Positions 38,726 through 49,048 are shown, counted from the stretch's first letter. The stretch is 64,000 bases of DNA from a virus (IMGVR_UViG_3300042009_000026:1-64000), one strand, 5' to 3'. Numbers and translations: made by a program. Notes: generated from the letters alone by a model not told the origin.

Positions 38726-39187
38726 ATGACAGAACAGCTTAACGCTGGACAGTTCCCAGTACTACAACGCACTAGCAATGGTAAGTACTTTGTACAGCAC
38801 AAACAATCGCTACCTCAACGAGTAAGTCTCCCGAACGGTGAGACGGTTGAAACTGGTTTTGTAAAAGTTACCGGCACAGAATCCGTTAACTTGTATGCAC
38901 TGTGCCAGAATAATGGCCGTAGTCAATCCCTGTCGATTAAAGCGATTGCTTATATCGATGAAGGCGATAACCTACAAGTGCATGATGTCAAACGTATGGC
39001 TCCGGCTGTATTGAATGATCCGGCCTATGGTAGCAAAGGTGCAGCCAAGATCGAAATTGGACATGTGACTAAAATCTGTGGACTGCGTTGGGGTTTCAAT
39101 CTCAAGCTTGATCCAAAGACTGGTTACTGCACAATCGAAGTTGATCGGGAATCTCCGATTGTTGGTTTGAAATTGCAGTTCGATTAA
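38726..39187 (+). CDS. hypothetical protein
   Basis: ATG 38726; ORF to 39187. Confidence 0.5.
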   Translation: MTEQLNAGQFPVLQRTSNGKYFVQHKQSLPQRVSLPNGETVETGFVKVTGTESVNLYALCQNNGRSQSLSIKAIAYIDEGDNLQVHDVKRMAPAVLNDPAYGSKGAAKIEIGHVTKICGLRWGFNLKLDPKTGYCTIEVDRESPIVGLKLQFD

Positions 39188-39190
39188 ACG

Positions 39191-39208
39191 GGGTCCCTTC
39201 GGGGACTC
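39191..39208 (+). promoter_or_regulatory. GC/UUCG hairpin + CTTTATGTTG
   Basis: Hairpin family. Confidence 0.5.
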
Positions 39209-39230
39209 CTTTATGTTGTAAAAAATTATA

Positions 39231-39256
39231 GCCCTACATTACAATCTGGTGTAGGG
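39231..39256 (+). promoter_or_regulatory. Promoter-like motif embedded in hairpin (CCCTAC-ATTACAATCTGGT-GTAGGG)
   Basis: CTACATTAC core in loop of 6-bp stem. Confidence 0.4.
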
Positions 39257-39331
39257 AGAGATACATGCAACGACCATTAGTAAATACCATCCTCGACCAA
39301 TCCTGGCGCACGAATAGTAAGGCAACAAAGA

Positions 39332-39616
39332 ATGCTCAGCACGCTCCTAAAAATGACAGTCCGCGGAATCGCAGCATCCAAAGTAGAACCGGGTATGGTA
39401 TTAACTGCAGCACGTGATATATTCGTTACCATTCTTGATAGACGTGGGGCACACCACGATATCTTGTTTGCTAACGAAGGGGATCAGGTCCGAGTAGAAG
39501 CACCTGATTGTTGCCGACCAGGCGACTTGTTTGTTTGTTCTAATGTTGACAACTTTGATGAAGTTGCCTCCGTAAATCCACATGACCTCGAAGACATGCT
39601 CAAGGAATATACCTGA
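39332..39616 (+). CDS. hypothetical protein (94 aa)
   Basis: ORF. Confidence 0.45.
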   Translation: MLSTLLKMTVRGIAASKVEPGMVLTAARDIFVTILDRRGAHHDILFANEGDQVRVEAPDCCRPGDLFVCSNVDNFDEVASVNPHDLEDMLKEYT

Positions 39617-39954
39617 TGCAATTTAATAGCCTATATGAATACATCGACCAAACCTACGATGTACAACTGGATAAAGAATTTCTAAAGAAAGAAGCTCCCG
39701 GTCTGACTTATGTCAAACTGGTCCGAGTTCTTTCACAATTGAGGATCAGTGTGGTTGGTATGACTGCCGACCAACTGTTCTTTGAAGCAGTACGTTATGA
39801 ACGTAATCTAATCGGCCAAGAACAAAAACGTCTTGAGCTTATGTTCCAGCTCGCCGATCTACACGAAATCATCGAAACCCTTATTCGTAAGTCAGGAAAG
39901 AAAAGCAATGACCAATTCGACGACAATCTCTTCGCCCAAGACATTAATAGCTAA
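39616..39954 (+). CDS. INS-tail family protein (ends ...NLFAQDINS)
   Basis: Shared C-terminal tail. Confidence 0.5.
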   Translation: MQFNSLYEYIDQTYDVQLDKEFLKKEAPGLTYVKLVRVLSQLRISVVGMTADQLFFEAVRYERNLIGQEQKRLELMFQLADLHEIIETLIRKSGKKSNDQFDDNLFAQDINS

Positions 39955-40140
39955 AGAAGACTTGACCATGACTATTGGTGAGCATACTGGCACACTCGCC
40001 AAGAAAGGGGATAAGTTAACTCTGGTTGTACAGCATGACGGCTTCTTGGAAGTCATGGCATCTGATGGTACTAGCTTTTATACCAGTAATGATAAAGTAG
40101 TACCTGCCTCCTAAATCTAATGTGATTATAGGAGATAGCA

Positions 40141-40500
40141 ATGTTCCAAGTAGACGATAAATTTTATACATGGTCTTCCACTATACATGGCCGTGGTTTT
40201 CGAAAAGAACTGGTGACCACTGGGGCATATGTGATAGACCACATTAGTTCTGGATGGGTAATGATCGGTCATTCACGTACGGTAAGTGCTGAGGTAGACA
40301 AACAAATTGCGTTACTGAAGGCTGGTCGTCATCCTAACAAAAGATTCCAATCGCAGTTTTCCAGTTTGAACCATGAGAGTTCATCGGACATCAAGCTGAT
40401 GGAGTTTCCAGCTAAAACGGTAAAAGATGGCAAGCTGATTGAATCCAAGATCCGCGCTAGCTATACTGAGCAGGGCGGAACATTTTGCGTCACTAACTGA
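40141..40500 (+). CDS. hypothetical protein (119 aa)
   Basis: ORF. Confidence 0.5.
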   Translation: MFQVDDKFYTWSSTIHGRGFRKELVTTGAYVIDHISSGWVMIGHSRTVSAEVDKQIALLKAGRHPNKRFQSQFSSLNHESSSDIKLMEFPAKTVKDGKLIESKIRASYTEQGGTFCVTN

Positions 40501-40506
40501 GGGCAA

Positions 40507-41124
40507 ATGATGTTAGCGTATACCCAGATGCACAGCAAGACTGGTATTGAAGAAATTCGTCTGCTGGCTGTTGAAAATATCAGGGATGCTCTAGGCGATG
40601 CCCGCTGGGAATTCATGGTAACAGAACGCGATCCAGATGTTGCATCTGTATTAGCGACTGTTGGTAACAATCGCTTCGGTACTCCGGATATCATTCTGGG
40701 TTGTGGCGTAGCAGATCGTAGTCTTGGTGCAATGCGTGAATCCATGACTGATCTGATTGCTTACCTGGAATGGCATAAAGACTTCACCTCAGGTGATATC
40801 GATCTGGTTGATTATTATTCCTTCCTGCTGGAACATCGTGACTATAAAGAAGTCGCCCCCATCAGATCCACTGATCGCCTCCATCTGCGCCATGTAGATG
40901 CAGATCGTTGGATGTCTGGTATGGGATGGCAGCACGGTGCTTTCTATAATGCAGACGAACGCGAGAATGCTCGTTTCTTGCAATTTGTCTTGTCTGATGA
41001 GCAAGGGCGTTTGCCTTGGGATGAAGGTTACAGCTATATCAACCAACTGGTATTAGATTCGGAACCATTCGGTCGTAAACCTGTTGCCAAACCTGCACCT
41101 GCTCGTGCCCATTATTTGAACTGA
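40507..41124 (+). CDS. hypothetical protein (205 aa)
   Basis: ORF. Confidence 0.55.
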   Translation: MMLAYTQMHSKTGIEEIRLLAVENIRDALGDARWEFMVTERDPDVASVLATVGNNRFGTPDIILGCGVADRSLGAMRESMTDLIAYLEWHKDFTSGDIDLVDYYSFLLEHRDYKEVAPIRSTDRLHLRHVDADRWMSGMGWQHGAFYNADERENARFLQFVLSDEQGRLPWDEGYSYINQLVLDSEPFGRKPVAKPAPARAHYLN

Positions 41125-41131
41125 GGTAGCA

Positions 41132-41386
41132 ATGTCTGATCGTAAATTTGCTGTATGTGAATACGTCAAGTTAAACTGTGATGTCATGATTAACAAACCC
41201 GGTAGTGGTCAGGTGCTTTATGCATCTAAAGATACTGTGGTTCGTGTCATGTCGTTTGATCCAAGTCTGGATTCCCCTTATGGTGTCCGTGTTGATGGCG
41301 AACCTTATCGCAATGCTCCGGTTACCGAAGCTATGATGGATAAGATGCCAATGGGGTATGTACATGCCGAGTCCGTGGGACTATAG
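41132..41386 (+). CDS. hypothetical protein (84 aa)
   Basis: ORF. Confidence 0.45.
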   Translation: MSDRKFAVCEYVKLNCDVMINKPGSGQVLYASKDTVVRVMSFDPSLDSPYGVRVDGEPYRNAPVTEAMMDKMPMGYVHAESVGL

Positions 41387-41738
41387 GTCCGATCAACGGC
41401 AAGGAGTAAACTGGGAACGTAAGTATTACATCGTACTGGCTGATGAAGCAAGTCAGCCATTGTACGAGTATGCCCGCATGGTCGGTAAGATTTACTCCAA
41501 AACAAAATCTAGTCGACAGGCACACTTTGCCGTACCGCGTAAAGAGAATGAACGCATTTACTTTATCCAGTACACTGATGCTCGGAGTGCAATGATTCAA
41601 ATTGCAAAGACCGCTGTATCGAATGTGCCTGTTGGCCGTTACCACTTGTTGGTAATGCAAACCTATGAAAATGAACCTGTGGCTTGTTTGCCATACTACG
41701 TGAATAAAGAGATTACATATGACCCAAGTTCCGACTGA
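41358..41738 (+). CDS. hypothetical protein (126 aa)
   Basis: ORF. Confidence 0.5.
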   Translation: MYMPSPWDYRSDQRQGVNWERKYYIVLADEASQPLYEYARMVGKIYSKTKSSRQAHFAVPRKENERIYFIQYTDARSAMIQIAKTAVSNVPVGRYHLLVMQTYENEPVACLPYYVNKEITYDPSSD

Positions 41739-42129
41739 AGGCGATGCAAAACTTCTGGAAATGAAGTTGTTCAACAACTCGTTCCATCATTACACCCTGG
41801 ACATCAAAGGTTCCGACGTTAGTATTACGTCTAACCAAGAATCCCAAGACTTCAACGTGTATCGTCCTATCCATGGGGACACTACTCGGATGATTGGCGA
41901 TCAACCGATTACGGGCTTTGCTTGTTTCGGTAATCAGCACCCAGAAGCTGTTGTTCGTGACATGCTGAAGCTGAAACGCTGGGATGAACAAACTCTACGT
42001 GAGTATTCAATGTTCACTATCGGTGACTTCCTGATTCTTACCAAAGAGAATATTTACTTCTCGGTGAATGGTGACCTGACAGTCAAGACGACTGCTGAAG
42101 GTTTCCATACTGAAAAGGGCCAGAAATAA
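41719..42129 (+). CDS. hypothetical protein (136 aa)
   Basis: ORF. Confidence 0.5.
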   Translation: MTQVPTEGDAKLLEMKLFNNSFHHYTLDIKGSDVSITSNQESQDFNVYRPIHGDTTRMIGDQPITGFACFGNQHPEAVVRDMLKLKRWDEQTLREYSMFTIGDFLILTKENIYFSVNGDLTVKTTAEGFHTEKGQK

Positions 42130-42425
42130 TGCATGTCATTCGCGTAGCAACAGATCGGTTGGGCGCTAATCCCATTGGTCAAGTCTGTGAAGCATCTAAA
42201 GTAAAGAAGCTGATGTGGTGTCCTAAAAATACCACTAATGTCATTGCTGATACTGCAGACTACCATGTGGGTATGATGATTGCATCGGGTTACGTAAATG
42301 AACCTGAGCCACTCACCAAGTTCCTACAGAAACTTAAACAACCGGCTGGCGAGTATTACGTTCTATTGTGGAACGTTACTCGTGGTAACTCCGATGCTGT
42401 CTTCGAGTTTGACTTTGCTGGGTAA
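42129..42425 (+). CDS. hypothetical protein (98 aa)
   Basis: ORF. Confidence 0.45.
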   Translation: MHVIRVATDRLGANPIGQVCEASKVKKLMWCPKNTTNVIADTADYHVGMMIASGYVNEPEPLTKFLQKLKQPAGEYYVLLWNVTRGNSDAVFEFDFAG

Positions 42426-42446
42426 GCCTTCGGGCTTACCTTTATT
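42422..42446 (+). promoter_or_regulatory. Hairpin GTAAGCC-TTCG-GGCTTAC + CTTTATTCCG
   Basis: Hairpin family. Confidence 0.5.
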
Positions 42447-42464
42447 CCGTCTTAAGGAAACACA

Positions 42465-43001
42465 ATGCCTTTTCTACTATACATGGTTTGGATGTTCGCA
42501 AGTGCTTGGGGTAGTTTCAAAATCGCAACCGCTTCATTTGGACCAGGTGATGGGATAGAAAGATTACTGCTCTGGGTGATTATCTGGGTCATCTGTTTAG
42601 TGCTGGTTGGGGTACTGATGCTTAAAGTCTTCCCAGATAAGCCTCGGGGTAAGTTTACCTTGGACCAAGTGTCTCTCCGTTATTGGGCTGGTATGGGACA
42701 GTATACCGAGATATTGGATATTAGCCCATTGCACAAAATGTACGAGGTAGGTGTTGGGGTTAATACTTTCTATGCGATATTGGAAGATACCGATGATCCC
42801 ACTCCAGCTAGTTTCGGTAGTGTAATGGGCTGTCGGCCAGTATGGGTTCGTTCTCTACAAGAAGTAGCGATCAACGAACAAACAGATCTGTTGAAGATCA
42901 CGATTGACAAAGACTTCATGACTAAGGTTGAATACCTCGGTCCGACTGCATGTGTCACAGCTGAATGTAAGTGGTCCTTTGCCCCTGGAGAAAAGAAATG
43001 A
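42465..43001 (+). CDS. membrane protein (178 aa)
   Basis: Two N-terminal TM helices. Confidence 0.5.
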   Translation: MPFLLYMVWMFASAWGSFKIATASFGPGDGIERLLLWVIIWVICLVLVGVLMLKVFPDKPRGKFTLDQVSLRYWAGMGQYTEILDISPLHKMYEVGVGVNTFYAILEDTDDPTPASFGSVMGCRPVWVRSLQEVAINEQTDLLKITIDKDFMTKVEYLGPTACVTAECKWSFAPGEKK

Positions 43002-43417
43002 ATAATGAAACGTTCTATGTTGTCGAAGTAATACGTAAAGCCGACAACATGGCGTTTATGTTGTTCGGTAACCATTCATCGGATGTAGACGATAGCTGGT
43101 ACTTCGATCAGCGGCGTGCCAGCGAGTTGCATAATTGGGCTCGCTTAGGTTCTATCATCCGTATCGGTGACCATATCGATCACAATCAGTGGATCGTTGA
43201 TTTTGTTATACCGCAGATGCGGATGTTGCAAGATCGCTATCCTCTTAGTGACGATCATCACCAGGAAGGTGTAAAACATGCCACGCATAAACTTTGTATC
43301 TACAAGGTCGATATGCGAGCTAGTTTAAATTTACGTTTTAAACCAATGGTGTGTCAGACCTTCCATCTGGTAGGTGAACCATTCGTTGGCGCAATCAAGC
43401 AAGGATATATCAAATGA
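42998..43417 (+). CDS. hypothetical protein
   Basis: ATGA coupling at 42998. Confidence 0.5.
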   Translation: MNNETFYVVEVIRKADNMAFMLFGNHSSDVDDSWYFDQRRASELHNWARLGSIIRIGDHIDHNQWIVDFVIPQMRMLQDRYPLSDDHHQEGVKHATHKLCIYKVDMRASLNLRFKPMVCQTFHLVGEPFVGAIKQGYIK

Positions 43418-43770
43418 GTAAACAAACAGTACAGTCAGTAGTCGTTGAAACCAAAGAAGCCAAACTGCTCCGTTTGCGGAAAGAATACATTCTTGAGCAA
43501 TGGCCTAGTTTCTTGAAGCTTTTCCCAGGCATGCCTGAATTCCGAGGAGTAGGTCCTCTGGAACAGAAAGCAGTAGAGATGCTGGAACACAGTTATGCAG
43601 CTCATGTCACGATTACTGGTGTGCCAGTAGCTGATGAGGATCTACCTGCATTGTTGGTGCGTCCTACCAAAGACTTCATCAAGCATCTGAAGTCTGACTA
43701 TAACCGTGCTAACCTAGCTGATCAATGGCGTATTGTACGTGATCAGTTTATGATGGATCTCGAAGAATAA
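43414..43770 (+). CDS. hypothetical protein (118 aa)
   Basis: ORF. Confidence 0.5.
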   Translation: MSKQTVQSVVVETKEAKLLRLRKEYILEQWPSFLKLFPGMPEFRGVGPLEQKAVEMLEHSYAAHVTITGVPVADEDLPALLVRPTKDFIKHLKSDYNRANLADQWRIVRDQFMMDLEE

Positions 43771-43773
43771 GCA

Positions 43774-43798
43774 GTGTCCCTTCGGGGACACCTTTATT
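43774..43798 (+). promoter_or_regulatory. Hairpin GTGTCCC-TTCG-GGGACAC + CTTTATTACG
   Basis: Hairpin family. Confidence 0.5.
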
Positions 43799-43817
43799 AC
43801 GTTAAGTGGAGTTACGC

Positions 43818-44387
43818 ATGACAATGTCTAAAGCAGAAATTGTAATGAACACTAAATTTCCTACCGGTGGGCCAAGTTATCAGCCCTGGTATAAGGCGGC
43901 AAGTAATACACATGTTCGCACTGACGATATGTTTGATGTCGATCGTCAAGGCAATGGTTTCATTGTAACGGTATATGAATACCTGAACAAGAAGAAAGAA
44001 ACCTGTCGTGAAGTGATCCGTGTCAAACACATGGGTAAAGTAACTATCATTGATCTCGCCGATTACTATGGCTGCAAGCGAGTGCATCTCCGCGCCTTGG
44101 ACTCGGGTGATCTGGTCAGTACATATCGCCGCTTGTGCCGTGAAGCGCCACCTTCACGTACTTATGGACTGGATTCACGTGGCTACGCTATCAAGGGAAC
44201 TGGCCCGTTGTTGGATTCGCCAGATCTAAAACCTGTGTTCGTAGATGGCGTAGTTTTAGTCGATTCAAGTTTAGAACAAATTCGCTTTAAAGCTATTACC
44301 GCGGTTATGCCACGACACGACCCATCCCGTGTGATGATCGGTTGCTGCGATGGAATCCATCCTATTCGCACAATGGCTGTTTCCTGA
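43818..44387 (+). CDS. hypothetical protein
   Basis: ATG 43818 (alt GTG 43806). Confidence 0.5.
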   Translation: MTMSKAEIVMNTKFPTGGPSYQPWYKAASNTHVRTDDMFDVDRQGNGFIVTVYEYLNKKKETCREVIRVKHMGKVTIIDLADYYGCKRVHLRALDSGDLVSTYRRLCREAPPSRTYGLDSRGYAIKGTGPLLDSPDLKPVFVDGVVLVDSSLEQIRFKAITAVMPRHDPSRVMIGCCDGIHPIRTMAVS

Positions 44388-44798
44388 ATGACGTACGAAC
44401 GGTTTATGACTCAGGTCTATCCTAACTTCCAGTCGTATCTACCTGGTGGTATCAATTACGATTGGCACATGCCTATTCGTACACGGGTGATACTTCTTGA
44501 ACAAGCTGCTAAAGAACTATTAGCTGCAGCTACAGAACTTGGTTGTGATCACATTGGTTGCCTTGATACACCACGCAGATACGATAGCTTAATCTTTATT
44601 GCACGATTTATCAATAAAGGCTGTAATCGTAACGATCGGCACGCATGGCGTAAACTCTGCGCAGCTTCCGGTTTTGTGGCGTGTGATGATTGGCAGGCAC
44701 CTGTATTCTGGGGACCAATGAAAGGCTGGGCTGAGTTTCGTGAAGAGCTACAGAAGTATGTCAAGCTGCAGCAAAAAATAACTAGAGTCGTCTATTAA
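44388..44798 (+). CDS. hypothetical protein (136 aa)
   Basis: ORF. Confidence 0.5.
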   Translation: MTYERFMTQVYPNFQSYLPGGINYDWHMPIRTRVILLEQAAKELLAAATELGCDHIGCLDTPRRYDSLIFIARFINKGCNRNDRHAWRKLCAASGFVACDDWQAPVFWGPMKGWAEFREELQKYVKLQQKITRVVY

Positions 44799-44830
44799 AT
44801 GACCATCCAATCGCACAACAGGTAGTAACA

Positions 44831-45043
44831 ATGTTTAATAAGAGACAATCTGTCACCATGAAACAAACCCTCATTGTTCCAGCCCGTAAAGGTCGCTCGA
44901 ATATTGCACTGGGTTACGAAGGGGACAAGATGCGTATCATCGGTGCTTGCGAAGAAAGAGCTGGTTTTTACTATGTTCGTAACTTCAACACCGAGTGCCC
45001 ACCAATGATCCTGGCACACGCGTCTGAACTGAAAGCAGCATAA
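44831..45043 (+). CDS. hypothetical protein (70 aa)
   Basis: ORF. Confidence 0.45.
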   Translation: MFNKRQSVTMKQTLIVPARKGRSNIALGYEGDKMRIIGACEERAGFYYVRNFNTECPPMILAHASELKAA

Positions 45044-45085
45044 TTGCAGCCCTATGGGGCTGCGTTTATATCGTTAGGAGTTAAC

Positions 45086-45514
45086 ATGCGTTACAATAGC
45101 CCATCAAAGCAAAAGTTTACTTTACTCGGTTGGACCATGGGTTGGATAGAATGGCTGATCCTGGTCTGTGTGTTGGCATACGGTGCATATGACCACTTTG
45201 CGAGTAAACCAAAACCTATCTCAATGTCGGTTCCAATCGAAGAGGTTGCAGCAGTATTCGGTCCAAGCTTTGATAGTCAAGATAAGTCGGTTGATATCTG
45301 GGCAACAAAGTTTAAACTAGAGTTTGATGCAATAGACAACCGTTACCGAGCAGAACGTGAACTACGCTTCTTCGAACAGACCCTCCTCCAGCGTTGCCTG
45401 TTAAAGACTGCGTCTACCAATTCTGGTCGCTTGTCTGATAGTCAAGTCGCTGATTGCCAAACTTCTTCAGCCAAAGAAGCAGCTGAAGCCCAAGCATATT
45501 GGAATAAGAAATGA
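45086..45514 (+). CDS. membrane protein
   Basis: GGAGTTAACATG; TM segment. Confidence 0.45.
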   Translation: MRYNSPSKQKFTLLGWTMGWIEWLILVCVLAYGAYDHFASKPKPISMSVPIEEVAAVFGPSFDSQDKSVDIWATKFKLEFDAIDNRYRAERELRFFEQTLLQRCLLKTASTNSGRLSDSQVADCQTSSAKEAAEAQAYWNKK

Positions 45515-45804
45515 AAGAGAACGCAACCCGTTGTTTCCTTACTGCATGCTTGATTATTGCTCTCGCGGGTGTCGGGGCGAAAGTATGGAATCATTACTTT
45601 GTGGCACCTGCTGACAAAGTACTTGCAGAGATGGTTGCTGCGCAAGACAAACGAATTGAGGTCATGCGGAAACGGCTGCAATATGCCAAGACCTGTGTCC
45701 TCGAAGAAAAAGTGCTTGACCACCAATGGGGTCAGATGCGATATAATTGCGAAAAGATCGCTGCTCAAGTCTATCCATTCCCGGAAGAATTGAAAAAGAT
45801 CTAA
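45511..45804 (+). CDS. membrane protein (97 aa)
   Basis: N-terminal TM. Confidence 0.45.
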   Translation: MKENATRCFLTACLIIALAGVGAKVWNHYFVAPADKVLAEMVAAQDKRIEVMRKRLQYAKTCVLEEKVLDHQWGQMRYNCEKIAAQVYPFPEELKKI

Positions 45805-45805
45805 C

Positions 45806-45828
45806 CGCTATATTACAATAGTGCAATA
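45806..45828 (+). promoter_or_regulatory. Promoter-like motif CCGCTATATTACAATAGTGCAAT
   Basis: CTATATTAC core. Confidence 0.45.
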
Positions 45829-45847
45829 AGAACCTAAGGAGTTGTAA

Positions 45848-46525
45848 ATGGAACAAGTTAAGAGTAACTTTGAAATCGCACGTAGTATCGTTCGTCGCTA
45901 CATGGCTAACTTCACTGACACAGTGACTCCACCAAAAGCCGTCAAAGGTGGTTTCTTTGCTATGATCGCCTCGGATACTGGGGAGGTCTGGCTTGGGGAA
46001 GCTCAGTCTTTCGCAGCAACTATTACGCGCTTCAGAGCTACTTCTGGAAAGCAGATTGCTGACTGCATGGCACAAGCTAAACTGCGTGGTGCAAAACTGG
46101 AGTTGTGGTGTTTAACACAACCTACTCGGTTCTCTGCACAAGAGCTGGAAAATGAGTTGTATGAAGCAGACCTGTTGGCTGGACGGAAACGTCCTAACCG
46201 TGAAGGTGCAGGCAAGTTGTTGGTGGTTCGCCATCGTCGCTCGCTGAATTACTTCGTGGTATCCAATCGTCAGGACATTGCTCCAGAATCCGTTCTGAAC
46301 AGTTTCCTGTATCGTTTGGGTACAACTGGTGGGGATACGTACAATAAACGTTTGGCTGATTTCATTACCGAGTATGCTGAGGATGTATTGACTCAGCGTG
46401 GTTTTGATATTACGTTTATTGCTCACTTTGTGGACAATGAGGATCTTTGGTTAAAACGTCAACTTTACATCGATGAATGTAAATCGGGTGAATGCTTGAA
46501 CCATAAAAATGTGGATCTGGTTTAA
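45848..46525 (+). CDS. hypothetical protein (225 aa)
   Basis: AAGGAG RBS. Confidence 0.55.
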   Translation: MEQVKSNFEIARSIVRRYMANFTDTVTPPKAVKGGFFAMIASDTGEVWLGEAQSFAATITRFRATSGKQIADCMAQAKLRGAKLELWCLTQPTRFSAQELENELYEADLLAGRKRPNREGAGKLLVVRHRRSLNYFVVSNRQDIAPESVLNSFLYRLGTTGGDTYNKRLADFITEYAEDVLTQRGFDITFIAHFVDNEDLWLKRQLYIDECKSGECLNHKNVDLV

Positions 46526-46599
46526 TTCTACGTACGTTTATTATCTGGTGAAGTAAATGTTCCCAAAAGAATCTCAAATGTCCAAAAGGTTTAATCATC

Positions 46600-47250
46600 A
46601 TGTCAGCTCACATTGTAGAGATCCATGACCACATCAAAATCCTCTTAAAGAGGATTGACGGCTACACGATCAACAAGCAGTATGGTGAGGGGAATATTCC
46701 TCACCTGTGCATTAAAGTAAAACATAACAATGGATTCGCCTGGTTTGGTGTTCACATCCTGGAAGCACCAACCACTAACTGGCCTATAGAAGTACGGGAT
46801 CAGATAGAGAAAGAAATTCGCGAAGGTCTTGATAAGATCTGCGATGTCCAGGAACTGGTTACCGATATGCCACGTCTGATGGATTCTATTTCAGACGTGG
46901 TAAGCTCTCGCAAACGTCCTACCTTATTCGGTGGACAAGGCAATGATCTATTGCAACTCCACATGGACGGCAACGTTCAACTCGATATGTATCGAGAACA
47001 TCGTAATCCGGACACATTGTCTTACGGTGGATTCGAAGGTGAGATTCTGTTGAATGGTCGATGGTATCCATTCTTCATGTATCACCGTGGAGTTATCTTG
47101 TATAACTACATCGATGCATCTACTGCTACGGCAATGATCGTTCGTGCACTGACTCGTCAGTTCCCCGAGATCTTCGATGAAGACGAACCAGATTTCGTGC
47201 AAGTAGATCACAGTATCGATCGGACTCGGAATAAACGTAAGGAGCTCTGA
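46600..47250 (+). CDS. hypothetical protein (216 aa)
   Basis: ORF. Confidence 0.55.
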   Translation: MSAHIVEIHDHIKILLKRIDGYTINKQYGEGNIPHLCIKVKHNNGFAWFGVHILEAPTTNWPIEVRDQIEKEIREGLDKICDVQELVTDMPRLMDSISDVVSSRKRPTLFGGQGNDLLQLHMDGNVQLDMYREHRNPDTLSYGGFEGEILLNGRWYPFFMYHRGVILYNYIDASTATAMIVRALTRQFPEIFDEDEPDFVQVDHSIDRTRNKRKEL

Positions 47251-47684
47251 TGTCTCACCTGGTGCTGGTAGAAATCGCACCTGCTGGTGTGTCATTGGAC
47301 TTCCCACGTGTATCAGGAGAACCCTTGACGTGCCTTGCGTCCTACGCAGACAAAGTCACAGATCTATTTACAATTCGTCAGTATGGGTATCATCCTGAAT
47401 ACGGGGCAACTCTATTCGAGATCATTATTGACTGGGGACGTCCTGAGAACATACCAACTCGCCGAGAAGGTGGGCTTGGTGAAATCTTAGAACGTACCGA
47501 ACTCGATAAGGCGTTGATGAAACTGCAAAGGCAGTATGAGGTAATCTTAGAAGCGAACTGTCAGGTCGTGCGCCACGAGGGCCGGATAACTAGGTGTACA
47601 TTCAAACCGAAAGGTGAGTATCTAGAACCCCCGACCAATTTAGACTGGACGCTCGAAGACCCTCCATCACGAGAACTCATTTGA
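47250..47684 (+). CDS. hypothetical protein (144 aa)
   Basis: ORF. Confidence 0.5.
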   Translation: MSHLVLVEIAPAGVSLDFPRVSGEPLTCLASYADKVTDLFTIRQYGYHPEYGATLFEIIIDWGRPENIPTRREGGLGEILERTELDKALMKLQRQYEVILEANCQVVRHEGRITRCTFKPKGEYLEPPTNLDWTLEDPPSRELI

Positions 47685-47699
47685 CTGAGAATAGTGTAC

Positions 47700-47885
47700 A
47701 ACTATATATGTGGTGATACTGCATGTGTTGTTTCCTTTCTCTTGATCAGTTCTTTAACAACTTGTGTGTAACGACTAGCGGGGTTAGATTCCCTTGCACC
47801 TCCTCAGGCGTCTTTCATCGACCGACGCCGTGTCCTGGATTGCCAGGCGCAATAAATTGCCTATCCTTCGGGATAGGCTTTATGT
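47700..47885 (+). ncRNA. Candidate small RNA / structured leader ending in hairpin GCCTATCC-TTCG-GGATAGGC + TTTATG
   Basis: ORF-free; internal hairpins (GGCGTC...GACGCC, CCTGG...CCAGG); ORF-track ORF 47723-48016 runs through terminator and is rejected. Confidence 0.3.
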
Positions 47886-47921
47886 TGTCTAATACTAAAA
47901 AACTATCATTGGGGCCACATT

Positions 47922-48371
47922 ATGCATTACACTTTTGTACACAGAGAACTGCCCTTTCAGTTGAACACCTTATTGCGTTTCCTTTGCAAGTCAACTGTTA
48001 TGCGTCGCCAATTTGAAGGCGATGAACGCGTTTCATATACACCAATGACATCGGTAAGGATGGTTATTCCTACTTCCGGTGGGATTGATCCATATATCAC
48101 TGCTACCTGTCCCGTAACTGGTTGCAGCCTGCGTTTGACGGTCAAGCTAGTGCCTGAGCGTCCACTGGTGACACGTAATGATGCTGTGGCATACTTACGT
48201 CGTACTCTCTGCCGAGAAGCTATTATGGTGACTGAGCGAGATCTCCATAATGTGGAGAAGTATGGTGAGCGTAAGCACTATACTAAGAACTTCTTCAAAG
48301 AACTGATTGCAAAATATCAATATCGCATTGATACGTTCCATAACTACAATTACCATGCTGTCTACGATTAA
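47922..48371 (+). CDS. hypothetical protein (149 aa)
   Basis: ORF. Confidence 0.5.
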   Translation: MHYTFVHRELPFQLNTLLRFLCKSTVMRRQFEGDERVSYTPMTSVRMVIPTSGGIDPYITATCPVTGCSLRLTVKLVPERPLVTRNDAVAYLRRTLCREAIMVTERDLHNVEKYGERKHYTKNFFKELIAKYQYRIDTFHNYNYHAVYD

Positions 48372-48380
48372 GGATTTATC

Positions 48381-48599
48381 ATGTACGCTAAAGATAGGAT
48401 TGTTGCTGAACTTACTGCAATCTGTATTGCGGTGACTCTTGTGGGCTGTAGTATAGTTGCAGTGCTGTCGTTGTTCTCTGCAGTTATATTGTTCGACTCG
48501 TCCCCTGGTTGGGCGGCGCTGTGGTTTGTGGTAAGCATTGTGACCGGTAGTATCGCATCGTTTATCTGGCGTCGCATTATGAAGCGGTGGAAACGATGA
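48381..48599 (+). CDS. small membrane protein (72 aa)
   Basis: Two TM helices. Confidence 0.45.
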   Translation: MYAKDRIVAELTAICIAVTLVGCSIVAVLSLFSAVILFDSSPGWAALWFVVSIVTGSIASFIWRRIMKRWKR

Positions 48600-48937
48600 T
48601 TATACTATCTATTCCAACCGAAGAAGATCGCATTGCTAGCCTGTATGGTGAACAGATCAAACAGTATAGCGAAGCCATCAACCAAGCCATCCTAACCGGT
48701 GACTGGCAATGTGGTCGGTTTGATTACTTGTATGTTCCCGTTAACAATGGGGAATACATTCACAGTGAGATAACCAATTGGTTAAAGACGCAATACAAGA
48801 AAGCTGGCTGGTTGATCGAGGCTAACGGTTTTGATGATGAATATCACTATCGTTTGTTTCGTACTAAACCAACCGAAGAAACAAAACATGGTTCTAGTCG
48901 CCCGTCAGAAAACTCGGGTGAAGATATACCAGATTAG
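48587..48937 (+). CDS. hypothetical protein (116 aa)
   Basis: ORF. Confidence 0.5.
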   Translation: METMIILSIPTEEDRIASLYGEQIKQYSEAINQAILTGDWQCGRFDYLYVPVNNGEYIHSEITNWLKTQYKKAGWLIEANGFDDEYHYRLFRTKPTEETKHGSSRPSENSGEDIPD

Positions 48938-49048
48938 TACTCTGTATGCAATAGTATATAGACGAACTGGAATTCCGTAGAACATCTCCCAACTTAGCAC
49001 CTACCCGTCGGTGTGTTGGTGCTACGTGAATTCCACCTATTTAATACT

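Noticed and set aside
47723-48016. 97-aa plus ORF
   Set aside because: Reads through a hairpin terminator and overlaps the better-supported 47922-48371 gene in another frame
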